Source: the human T2T-CHM13v2.0 reference genome, Homo sapiens. From it: a DNA stretch of 64,000 nucleotides. Within the stretch, counting starts at the first letter, position 1; the number at the start of each line of letters is the position of its first letter. The stretch is from the NCBI RefSeq assembly GCF_009914755.1, contig NC_060937.1. One strand, 5' to 3'. The notes under the pieces were generated by a model. It ran no database searches. It saw only the letters and a list, made by a program, of their open reading frames with translations, and was not told the DNA's origin. The translations under genes and the position numbers were made by a program. Positions 49,601-64,000 of this stretch are shown one piece after another.

Positions 49601-52600
49601 AGTGTGTTTCCAAACTGCTCGATCAAAAAAAGCTTAACTCTGTGAGATGAACGCACACGTCACATAGATATTTCTCAGATTTCTTCTGTCTAGTTTTTAT
49701 GTGAATGTATTTCATTTTCCACGGTAGGCCTCAAGGGGCTTGAAATGTCCACTTGCAGATTCCACAAAAAGAGTAATAAATAACTGGCCCATCAAAAGAA
49801 AGGTTCAAATCTGGGAGATGAATGCACATATCACAAAGTAGTTTCTCATATTGATTCTATCTAATTTTTATGTGAATATATTTCCTTTTCCACCATAGGT
49901 CTCAAACCGCTCCAAATGTTCACTTGCAGAATCTACAAAAAGAGAGTTTCAAAACTGCTCAATCAAAAGAGAGGTTTAACTCTGTGAGATGAGCGTGCGC
50001 ATCACAAAGAAGTTTCCCAGATTGCTTCTGTGTAGATTTTATGTCAAGATATTTCTTTTTCTACCATTGGCTGCAAAGTGCTCCAAATGTCCACTTGCAG
50101 ATTCTACAAAAACAGTGTTTTCAAAAGGCTCAATAAAAAGAAAGGTTCAACTCTGTGAGATGAACGCACACATCACAAAGGAGTTTCTCAGAATTCTTCT
50201 GTCTAGTTTTTATGTGAAGATATTTCCTTTTCCACCAAGAGCCTGAAAGAGCTCCAAATGCCCAATTTCAGATTCAACAAAAAGAGAGATTCAGAACTAC
50301 TCAATCAAAGGAAAGTTTTAACTCTGAGAGATAAATGCACACATCAAAAAGAAGTTTCTGAGATTGCTTCTGTCTAGATTTAATGTGAAGATATTTCCTT
50401 TTCTACCATAGGCCACAAAGTGCACCAAATGTCCACTTGCAGATTCTACAAAAAGAGTGTTTCCAAACTGCTCAATCAAAAGAAAGGTTCAACTCTGTGA
50501 GATGAATGCACACATCAGAAAGAAGTTTCTCAGATTGCTTCTGTCTAGATTTTATGTGAAGATATTCCCTGTTCTACAATAGGCTGCAAAGCGCTCCTAA
50601 TTTCCACTTGCCGATTCTATAAATAGAGTGTTTCCAAACTGCTCAATCAATAGAAAGTTTCAACTCTGTGAGATGAACGCACACATCACAAAGAAGTTTC
50701 TCAGATTGCTTCTGTCTAGATTTTATGTGAAGATATTTCTTTTTTCTACCATAGGCCTCAAAGCGCTCCAAATATCCACTTGCACATTCTACAAAAAGAG
50801 TGTTTTCAGACAGCTCAATCCAAACAAAAATTCAACTCTGTGAGATGAACACACACATCAGAAAGAAGTTTCTCAAAATGCTTCTATCTAGTTTTTATGT
50901 GAAGATATTTCCTTTTCCACCATAGGCCTCAAAGAACTCCAAATGTCCATTTGCAGATTCTACAAAAAGAGAGTTTCAAAACGGCTCCATCAAAAGAAAG
51001 GTTTTACTCTGTGAAATGAATTCACACATCACAAAGAAGTTTCTCAGATTGCTTCTGTCTAGTTTTTAGGTGAAGATATTTCCTTTTCCACCACAGGCCT
51101 TAAAGCGCTCCAAATGTCCACTTGCAGATTCTACAAAAAGAGAGTTTGAAAACTGCTCAATCAAAAGAAAGTTTTAACTCTTTGAGATGAAAGGACACAC
51201 CACAAAGAAGTATCTCAGATTGCTTCTGTCTAGATTTTATGTGAAGACATTTTCTATTCTAACATAGGCTGCAAAGAGCTCTAAATATCCACTTGCAGAT
51301 CCTTCAAAAACAGTATTTCCATACTGCTCAATGAAAAGAATGATTCAACACTGCAAGATGAAGGCACGCATCACAAGGAAGGTTCTCAGAATTCTTCAGT
51401 CTGGTTTTTATGTGAAGATAATTGCCTTTTCCAACATAGGCTTCAAAGGCCTCCAAATGTCAACTTGCAGATTCTCCAAAAAGAGACTTTCAAAGCCGCT
51501 CAGTCAAAAAATGTTTAATTCTGTGAGTTAAATTCACACGTCACAAAGAATTTTCTCAAATTTCTTCTTTCTAGATTTTATCTGAAGATATTTCCTTTTC
51601 CAGCATGGGCCTCAAAGTGTTCCAACTGTCCACTTGCAGATTCTGCAAAAAGAGAGTTTCAAAACTGCTCAATCAAAAGAAAGGTTTACCTCTTTGAGAT
51701 GAGTACACACATAACAAAGAAGTTTCTCAGATTGCTTCTGTCTAGATTTTATGTGAAGATATTTCCTTTTCTACTATAGGCCACAAAGTGCTGAACATGT
51801 CCACTTGCAGATTCTACAAAAAAAAATTTTCCAAACTGCTCAATCAAAAGAAAGGTTCAACTCTGTGAGATGAACGCACACATTTCAAAGAAGTTTCTCA
51901 GAATTCTTCTGTCTAGCTTTTATGTGAAGATACTTCATTTTCCACCACAGGCCTCAAGGCGCTTGAAATGTCCACATGCAGATTCCACAAAAAGAGTATT
52001 TCAAAACTGGTCCATCAGAGGAAAGGTACAGACAGCTCTGTTGAATGAATGCACCCTAAAAAGAATTTTCTCAGATTGCTTCTGTCTAGATTTTATGTGA
52101 ATATATTCCCTTTTCTACCATAGGCCGCAAAGCGTTCCAAATGTCCACTTACAGATACTACAAAAAGAGTGTTTTCAAACTGCTCAATCAAAAGAAAGGT
52201 TGAACTCTGTGAGATGAACCCAAACATCACAAAGAAGTTTCTCAGAATTCTTCTGTCTAGTTGTTACTTGAAGATGTTTCCTTTTCCAACATAGAAGTTT
52301 TTCAGATTGCTTCTCTCTAGATTTTATGTGAAGATATTTCTTTTTCCACCGTAGGCCTCAATGCATTCCAAATGTCAACTTGCAGATTCTACAAAAAGAG
52401 AGTTTCAAAACTGCTCAAAAAAAGAAAGATTTAACTCTGTGAGATGAACACTGCTTCTGTCTAGATTTTATCTGAAGACATTTCCTGTTCTACCATAGGT
52501 CGCAAAGCACTCCAAATTTCCACTTGCCGATTCCACAAAAAGAGGGTCTCCAAACAGCTCAATGAAAAGAAAGTTTCAACTCTGTGAGATGAAAGGACAC

Positions 52601-55600
52601 ATCACAAGGAAGTTTCTCAGATTGCTTCTGTCTAGATTTTATATGAAGATATTTCTTTTTTCTAACATAGGCTGCAAAGCGTTCCAAATGTCCACTTGCA
52701 GATTTTTACAAAAAGAGTGTTTCCAAACTGCTCAATCAAAAGAAAAGTTCAACTCTGTGAGATGAACGCACACATCACAAATACGTTTCTCAGAATTCTT
52801 CTGTCTTGTATTTATGTGAAAATATTTCCTTTTCCAGCATAGGCCTCAAAGCCCTCCAAATGTCCACTTTCAGATTCTACAAAAAGAGAGATTCAAAAGT
52901 GCTCAATCAAAAGAAAGGTTTTACTGTGTGAGATGAATGCATACATTGTAAAGAAGTTTCTCAGATTGCTTCTTTCTAGATTTTATCTGAGGATATTTCC
53001 TTTTCCACCATATGCCTCAAAGTACTCCAAATGTCCACTTTCAGATTCTACAAAAAGAGAGTTTCAAAACTTCTCAATCAAAGGAAAGGTTTAACTCTGT
53101 GAGATGAATGCACACATTTACCAAGAAGTTTCTCAGATTTCTTCTGTCTAGATTTTATGTGAAGATATTTCCTTTTCTAAAATAGGCCGCAAAGCGCTCC
53201 AAATATCCACTTGCAGATTCTACAAGAAGAGTATTTCCAATGTGCTCAATCAAAAGAAATGTTCAACCCTGTTAGATGAATGCACACATAGCAAAGCAAT
53301 TTCTCATATTACTTCTGTCTAGATTTTACGTGAAGATATTCCTTTTTTCTACCATAGGCTGCAAAGAGCTCCAGATGTCCACTTGCAAATTCTAGAAAAA
53401 GAGTGTTTTCAAACTGCTCCATCTAAAAAAAGTTCAACTCTGTGAGATGAATGCACACATCACAAAGAAGTTTCTCAGAATTCTTCCGTCTAGTTTTTAT
53501 GTGAAGATATTTCCTTTTCCACCGTAGGCCTCAAAGCGCTCCAAATGTTCACTTCCAGATTTTAAAGACAGAGTGTTTCCAAACTGGTCAATCAAAAGAA
53601 AGGTTGAACTCTGTGAGATGAACTCACGCATCAAAAAGAAGTTTGTCAGAATTCTTCTGTCTAGTTTTTATGTGAAGATATTTCCTTTTCTACCATAGGC
53701 CACAAAGCACTACAAATGTCCAATTGCAGATTCTACAAAAAGAGATTTTCAAAACTCCTCAACCAAAGAGAATTTTAACTCTGTGAGACGAATGCACACA
53801 TCACAAAGAAGTTTCTCAGATTACTTCTGCCTAGATTTTATGTGAAGATATTTCCTTTTCTACCACAGGCCGCAAAGCTCTCCAAATGTCCACTTGAAGA
53901 TTCAACAAAAAGAATGTTTTCAAACTGCTCAAACAATAGAAATTATCAACTCTGTGAGATGAAAGCATGCATCACCAAGAGGTTTCTCAGAATTCTTCTA
54001 TTTTTTATGTGAAGATATTTCCTTTTCCACCATAGGCCTCAAAGTGCTCCAAATGTCCACTTCTAGATTCTACAGAAAGAGTGTTTCCAAAATGCTCAAT
54101 CAAAAGAGGTTTAAATCTGTGAGATGAATGCACACATCACAAAGAAGTTTCTAAGAATGCTTCTGTCTAGATTTTATGTGAGGATATTTCCTTTTCTACC
54201 ATAGGCTGCAAAACGCTTCAAATGTCCACTTGCAGATACTACAAAAATAGTGTTTCCAAACAGCTCAATCAAATGAAAGTATCAACTCTGTGAGATGAAC
54301 CCACACATCACAAACTGCTTTCTCAGAATTCTTCTGTCTAGTTTTTATGGGAAGATAGTTCCTTTTCCACCATAGGCCTCAAAGCGCTCCAAATGTCCAC
54401 TAGCGGATTCTACAAAAAGAGTGTTTCAAAACTGCTCAGTCAAAAGAATGATTAACTCTGTGAGATGAATCCACACATCACAAAGAAATTTCTCAGATTC
54501 CTTCTGTCTAGATTTTATGTGAAGATATTTCCTTTTCTACCATAGGCCACAAAGAGCTCCAAATTTCCACTTGCAGAATCTCCAAATGAGTTGTTTCCAA
54601 ACTGCAGAATCAAAAGAAAGTTTCAACTCTGGGAGTTGAACACTCGCATCACAAAGAGGTTTCTAATAATTCTGTCTAGTTTTTATGTGAAGATAATTCC
54701 TTTTCCACCATAGGTTGCAAAGCGCTCCAAAAGTCCACTTGCAGATTCTACTGAAAGAATGTTTCCAACAGCTCAATCAAAAGAAAAGTTCAACTCTGTG
54801 AGATGAATGCACACATCACAAAGAAGTTTCTCAGGATTCTTCTGTCTAGTTTTTATGTGAAGATATTTCCTTTTCCACCATTGAACTCAAAGCACTGCAA
54901 ATGTCCACTTGCCGATCCTAAAAAATGATTTTCCAAACTGCTCAATCAAAAGAAAATTTTAACTCTGTGAGATGAATGCACACAACGCACAGAAGTTTCT
55001 GAGATTGCTTCTGTCTAGATTTTATGTGAAGATATTTCCTGTTCTTCCGTAGGCCACAAAGCCCTCCAAATGTCCACTTGCAGATTCGACAAAAAGAGTG
55101 GTTGCAAAGTGCTTAATCAAAAGAAAGGTTCAACTCTGTGAGATTAATGCACGCATCACAAAGAAGTTTCTCAGATTTCTTCTGTCTGGTTTTTATGGGA
55201 CGATATTTCCTTTTCCACCATTGGACACAAAGGGCTCCAAAAGTCCACTTGCAGATTTTACAAAAACAGAGTTTCAATACACCTCAATCAAAAGAAAGTT
55301 TTAACTCTCTGGGATGAATGCACATATCACAATATCACAAAGATGCTTCTCAGATTGCTTCTGTCAAGATTTTATATGAAGATATTTCCTTTTCTACCAT
55401 AGGGCGCAAAGCACTCCAAATGTCCAGTTGCAGATTCTACAAAAAGAGAGTTTCAAAACTGCTAAATCAAAAGAAACTTTTAATTCTGTGGGATGAATGC
55501 ACACATCACAAAGAAGTTTCTCAGATTGCTTCTGTCTAGATTTTATATGAAGATATTTCCTTTTCTACCATTGGCTGCAAAGCTCTCCAAATGTCCACTT

Positions 55601-56840
55601 GCAGATTCTACAAAAAGAGTGTTTCCAAACTGCTCAATCTAAGGAAAGTTCCAACTCTGTGAGATGAACGCAGACGTCTCAAAGAAGTTTCTCAGAATTC
55701 TTCTGTGTAGTTTTTATATGAAAGTATTAACTTTTCCACCACATGCATCAAATCGCTCCAAATGTCCACTTGCAGATTCTACAAAAAGAGAGTTTCAAAT
55801 CTGCTCTATCAAAAGAAAGGTTTACTTCTTTGAGATGAATGCACACATCACAAAGAAGTTTCTCAGTTTGCTTCTGTCTGCAATTTATGTGAAGATATTT
55901 CCTGTTCTAACATAGACCTCAGAGCACTCCAAATGTCCACTTGCAGATTCTACCAAAAGAGTGTTTCCAAACTGCTCATTCAAAGAAATGTTCAACTTTC
56001 TAAATGAATGCACACATCATAAAGAACTTTCTCAGAATTCTTCTGTCTAGTTTTTATGTGAAGATAACACCATAGGCCTCAAAGCCTTCAAAATGTCCAG
56101 TTGCAGATTCTACAAAAAGAGGGTTTCCAAAGTGCTCAGTCAAAAGAAAGGTTTACTCTGTGAGATGAATACACACACCACAAAGAAGTTTGTCAGGTTG
56201 CTTTTATCTAGATTTTATGTGAGGATATTTCCTTTTCTACCATAGGCAACAAAGCACTCCAATAGTCCACTTGCAGATTCTACAAAAAGAATGTTTCTAA
56301 ACCGCTCAATCAAAAGGAAGATTCAACTTTCTGAGATAAACTCATACATCACAAAGGAGATTCTCAGAATTCTTCTGTCAAGTTTTTATGTGAAGATATT
56401 TCCTTTTCCACCATAGGACTCAAAACTATCCAAATGTCCACTTGCAAATTCTACAAACACAGAGTTTCAAAACTGCTCAGTCAAAAGAAAGTTTGAACTC
56501 TGTGAGATGAATGCACACATGCCAAAGAAGTTTCTCAGATTCCTTCTGTCTAGATTTTTTGTGAAGATATTACCTTTTCTACCATAGTCCGCATAGCGCT
56601 GAAAATGTCCACTTGCAGAATCTCCAAAAACAGTGTTTCCAAACTGGTGAATCAAAAGAAAGTTTCAACTATTTGAGTTGAAGGCACACATCACAAAGAA
56701 GATTCTGAGAATACTTCTGTCTAGTTTTTCTGTGAAGATATTTCCTTTTCCACTATAGGCCCAAAAGCGCTACAAATGTCCACTAGCGGATTCTACAAAA
56801 AGAGTGTTTCAGAACTTCTCAATCAAAAGAAAGGTTTAAC
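46690..56840 (-). repeat. A-type-only layer 2 (SF4-type) with loose two-monomer alternation, no CENP-B boxes
   Basis: Markers GAGATGAA and CTGCTCAATC; alternation of CAGATTGCTTCTGTCTAGATTTT...TTCTACCATAGGCCGC with CAGAATTCTTCTGTCTAGTTTTT...TTCCACCATAGGCCTC. Confidence 0.72.
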
Positions 56841-57251
56841 TCTGTGAGTTGAATGTACACATCACAAAGAAGTTTCTGAGAATGCTGCTGTCTAGATTTT
56901 ATATGAAGATATTCTCGTTTCCAAGGAGGGCCTCAAAGGGTACCTAATATCCACTTGCAGATTCTACTAAAGGAGTGTTTCAAAATGACTCTATGATAAG
57001 GTATGTTCCACTCTGTGAGTTGAAGGCAAACATCAAAAAGAAGTTTCTGAGAATGCTTCTCTCTAGTTTAGATGGGAAGATACTTCCTTTTCCACTATAG
57101 GCCTCAAAGTGTTCCAAGTGTCCACTTGCAGATTCTACAAGAGTGTTTCAAAACTGCTCTATCAAAAGAAAGTTTCAACTCTGTGAAGTGAATGCACACA
57201 TTACAAACAAGTTTCTGAGAATGCTTCTGTCTAGTTTTTATGTGAAGATAT

Positions 57252-57268
57252 TCCCGTTTCCAACGAAG
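57252..57268 (-). promoter_or_regulatory. Intact CENP-B box in the distal island
   Basis: TCCCGTTTCCAACGAAG is the reverse complement of CTTCGTTGGAAACGGGA. Confidence 0.93.
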
Positions 57269-59298
57269 GCCTCAAAGCAGTCCAAATATCCACTAGCATA
57301 TTCTACAAAAAGAGTGTTTCAAAACTGCCCCCATGAAAATGAATATTCAACTCTGTGAGTAGAATGCAAACATCACAAAGAAGTTTCTGAGAATGCTTCT
57401 GCCTAGTTTTTATGTGAAGATATTTCCTTTCCCACCATAAGCCCCAAAGCGCTCCAAATGTCCACTTACAGAATCTACAAAAGAGTGTTTCAAACCTGCT
57501 CTATCAAAAGAAAGGTACAACTCTGTGAATTGAATGCAAATATCACAAAGAAGTTTCTGAGAATGCTTCTGTCTAGATTTTATGTGAAGATATATCCTTT
57601 TCTAACTTAGGCTGCAAAGCGCTTCAAATGTCTACTTACAGAATCTACAAAAAGAGTTTTTCCATAATTCTCAATCAAAAGAAAGTTTCAACTCTGTGAG
57701 ATAAACGCACACATCACAAAGAAGTTTCTCAGAATTCTTCTCTCTAGTTTTTATGTGAAGATATTTCCTTTTCCACCATAGGCCTCAAAGCACTCCAAAT
57801 GTTCACTTGCAGATTCTACAAAAAAAGAGGTTCAAAACTGCTCAATCAAAAGAAAGGTTTAACTCTGTGAGATGAATACACACATCACAAAGAGGTTTCT
57901 CACATTGGTTCTGTCTAGATTTTATGTGAAGATATTTCCTTTAATAACAGGTCGCAAAGCCCTCCTAATGCCCACTTGCAGATTCTACAAAAAGAGTGTC
58001 TGTAAACTGCTCTATCAAAAGGAAGTTTCAACTCTGTGAGAAGAACTCACACATCACAAAGAAGTTTCTCAGAATTCCTCTGTCTAGTTTTTATGTGAAG
58101 ATATTTCCTTTCCCACCATAGGCCTCAAAGTGCTCCAAATGTCCACTTGCAGATTCTACAAAAAGAATGTCTCAAACCTGCTCTATCAAAAGAAAGGTTC
58201 AACTCAGTGAGTTGAATGCACACAGCACAAAGAAGTTTCTGAGAAATCTTCTGTCTAGTGATTATGTGAAGATATTCCCGTTTCCAATGAAGGCCTCTAA
58301 CCGGTCCAATTAAACTCGTGCAGATTCTACTAAAAGAGTGTTTCAAAACTGCTCTATGAAAAGGTTTGTTCAACTCTGTGAGTTGAAGGCAAACATCACA
58401 AAGAAGTTTCTGAGAATGCTTCTGTGGTTTTCATGGGAAGATATTTTCTTTTCCACTATAGGTATCAAATTGCTCAAATGTCCACTTGCAGAGTCTACAA
58501 AAAGATTGTTTTAAACCTGTTCTATCAAAAGAAAGTTTCAACTCTGTGAGTTGAATGCACACAGCACAAAGAACTTTATGAGAAAGCTTCTGTCTAGTGT
58601 TTATGTGAAGATATTCCCGTTTCCAAGGAATGCCTCAAAGCGGTCCAAATATCCACTTGCAGATTCTACTAAAAGAGTGACTCAAAACTGCTCTATGGTA
58701 AAGTATTTTCAACTCTGTGAGTGGAATGCAAACATCACAAAGACGTTTCTGAGAATGCTTCTTTCTAGTTTTTCAGTGAAGATATTTCCTTTTCCACTAT
58801 AGGCCTCAAAGCGTTCCAAATGTCCACTTGCAGATTCTGCAAAAAGAGTGTTTCAAATCTGCTCTATCAAAAGAAAGGTTCAACTCTGTGAGTTGAATGC
58901 ACACATCACAAAGAAGTTTCTGAGTATGCTTCTGTCTAGTTTTTCTGCGAAGATATTTCCTTTTACACCATAGGCCTCAAAGTTCTCCAAATGTCCCCTT
59001 GCAGATTATACAAAAAGAATGTTTCAAAACAGCTCTATCAAAAGAAACGTTCAACGATGTGAGGTGAATGCACATATCACAAAGAAGCTTCAGAGAATGC
59101 TTCTGTCTGGTTCTTATGTGAAGATATTTCTTTTTCCACAATAGGCATCAAAGCTCTCCAAATGTCCAGTTGCAGATTCTACAAAAAGAGTGTTTCAAAA
59201 CTGATCTATCAAAAGAAAGGGTCAACTCTGTGAGTTGAATGCACACATCACAAAGAAGTTTCTGAGAATGCATCTGTCTAGTTTTTATGTGAAGACAT

Positions 59299-59315
59299 TC
59301 CCGTTTCCAACGAAG
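59299..59315 (-). promoter_or_regulatory. Intact CENP-B box in the distal island
   Basis: TCCCGTTTCCAACGAAG, a perfect consensus match. Confidence 0.93.
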
Positions 59316-60999
59316 GCCTCAAAGCAGTCCAAATATCCACTAGGAGATTCTACAAAAACAATCTGTCAAAACTGCTCCATGAAAACGTGTGTTCAACTCT
59401 GTGAGTTGAGTGCAAACATCACAAGGAAGTTTCTGAGAATGCTTGTGTCTAGTTTTTATGCGAAGATAATTCCTCTTCCACCATAGACCTCAAAGCCTTC
59501 CAAAGGTCCACTTGCAGATTCTACAAAAAGAGTGTTTCATACTTGGTCTATCAAAAGAAAGGTTCAAATCTGTCAATTGAATGCACACCTCAGAAAGAAG
59601 TTTCTGAGAATGCTTCTGTCTAGTGTTTATGTGAAGATATTCCCTTTTCCTAAGAAGGCTTCAAATCGGTCCAAATATCTACTTGCAGGTTATACGAAAA
59701 GAGTGTTTCAAAACTGCTCTATGAAAAGGAAGGTTCAACTCTGTGAGTTGAATGCAAACATCACAAAGAAGTTTGTGAGAATGCTTCTATCTGGTTTTTA
59801 TGTGAAGATATTTCCGTTTCTACCATAGGCCTCAAAGCTCTCAAAATGTCCACATGCAGATACTGCAAAAAGTGTTTCAAATCTGCTCTATCAAAAGAAA
59901 GTTTCAAGTCTGTGAGTTGAATGCACACATCACAAAGAAGTTTCTGAGAATGCTTCTGTCTAGTTTTTATGTGAAGATATTTCCTTTACCACCATAGGCC
60001 TCAAAGCTCTCCAAATGTCCACTTGCAGATTCTACAAGAAGAGTGTCTCAAACCTGCTCTATCAAAAGAAAGGTTCAACTCAGTGAGATGAATGCACACA
60101 TCAAAAAGAAGTTTCTGAGAATGCTTCTGTCTAGTTTTAATGTGAAGATATTCCCGTTTCCAATGAAAGCCTCAAATAAGTCCAAATATCCACTAGCAGA
60201 TTCTGCAAAAAGAGTGTTTCAAAACTTCTCAATCAAAAGAAAGGTTCAACTCTTTGAGATGTACGCACAAATCACAAAGAAGTTTCTCAGTATTTTTTGT
60301 CTAGTTTTTATGTGAAAATATTTACTTTTCCACTGTAGGCCTCAAAGCGCTCCAAATGTCAACTTGCAGATTTTACAAAAAGAGAGTTTCAAGACAGCTC
60401 AATCAAAAGAAAGTTTTAACTCTGTGAGATGAATGCACACATCACAAAGAAGTTTCTCAGATTCATCCTATCTAGATTTTATGGGAATATATTTCCTTTT
60501 CTAACATAGGCTGCAAAGCGCTCTAAATGTCCACTTGCGGATTCCACAAAAAGAGTGTTTCCAAACTGCTTAATCAAAACAAAGGTTCAACTCTGTGAGA
60601 TAAACGCATGCATCACAAAGAAGCTTCTCCGAATTCTTCTGTGTAGTTTTGATGTGAAAATATTTCCTTTTCCTCCTCAGGCCTAAAAGCGCTCCAAATG
60701 TTTTCTTGCAGATTCTACAAAAAGAGAGATTCAAAACTGCTCAATCAAAACAAAGGCTTAACTCTTTGAGATCAGTGCACACTTCACAAAGAAGTTTCTA
60801 AAAATGCTACTGTCTAGTTTTTATGTGAAGATATTTCATTTTCCACCGTAGGCCTCAAAGCGCTCCAAATATCCACTTGCACATTCAACAAAAAGAGAGT
60901 TTCAAAACTGCTCAATCAAAAGTAAGAGTTAACTCTGTGAGATGAATGCACACATCCCAAAGAAGTTTCTCAGATTGCTTCTGTCTAGATTTTATGTGG

Positions 61000-61014
61000 A
61001 GCTATATCCTTTTC
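61000..61014 (+). repeat. L1 target-site duplication, left copy (right copy 62003-62017)
   Basis: AGCTATATCCTTTTC versus AGCTATTTCCTTCTC (13/15). The monomer resumes in register with TAACATAGGCTGC. Confidence 0.85.
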
Positions 61015-61015
61015 C

Positions 61016-64000
<2,985 letters not shown>

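Larger units (their letters stand above)
56840..60230 (-). repeat. SF5-like island(s) inside the A-only layer (with ~3 SF4-type monomers at ~57590-58100)
   Basis: Return of CTGAGAATGC, GAGTTGAATG, CTGCTCTAT and B-type monomers. Confidence 0.75.
1..61015 (-). repeat. Alpha-satellite (alphoid) tandem array, ~171-bp monomers, single orientation
   Basis: Motifs TTCTGAGAATGCTTCTGTCTAG, CACACATCACAAAGAAG, GTTCAACTCTGTGAGTTGAATG and CCACTTGCAGATTCTACAAAAAGAGTGTTTC recur every ~170 bp. TCCCG(C/T)TTCCAACGAA is the reverse complement of the CENP-B box. Confidence 0.99.

Noticed and set aside
55324-55340. 8-bp tandem duplication ATATCACA (also a 3-bp ATG duplication at ~27016)
   Set aside because: Ordinary slippage micro-indels, useful only as markers.
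329-60315. Many repeated 60-155 aa ORFs (KKFLRMLLSSFY..., GRQQHSQKFL...)
   Set aside because: These are translations of alpha-satellite monomers. They recur with the repeat period, often have non-ATG starts, and show no gene context.

Overview
The window is almost entirely primate (most likely human) centromeric alpha-satellite DNA: ~171-bp monomers, all in one orientation, with CENP-B boxes reading on the - strand. It runs from the edge of a homogeneous higher-order-repeat (HOR) array out into older pericentromeric layers. (1) 1-~14350: SF2-type HOR matching the chromosome 13/21 D13Z1/D21Z1 11-mer (1870 bp), arranged as 11,15,15,15,11,15-mers. (2) ~14350-24690: a related but distinct ~2.19-kb 13-mer HOR (13,7,13,11,13), containing a patch of live-array sequence. 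(3) ~24690-27205: divergent SF2-like dimers. (4) ~27205-43200: SF5-like (R1/R2) monomers with scattered intact CENP-B boxes. (5) ~43200-64000: two CENP-B-box-less SF4-type layers, interrupted by SF5-like islands at ~56840-60230. A ~1-kb 5'-truncated L1PA2-like LINE-1 lies at 61016-62005 and carries a target-site duplication (TSD) and an 18-bp twin-priming 5' inversion. No genuine protein-coding gene, RNA gene or CRISPR array is supported; the ORF track is translated satellite plus an L1 ORF2 remnant. I found no new biological system; the interesting signal is the recombination and conversion record of a centromere edge. Layer boundaries were read by eye and are approximate to about one monomer.
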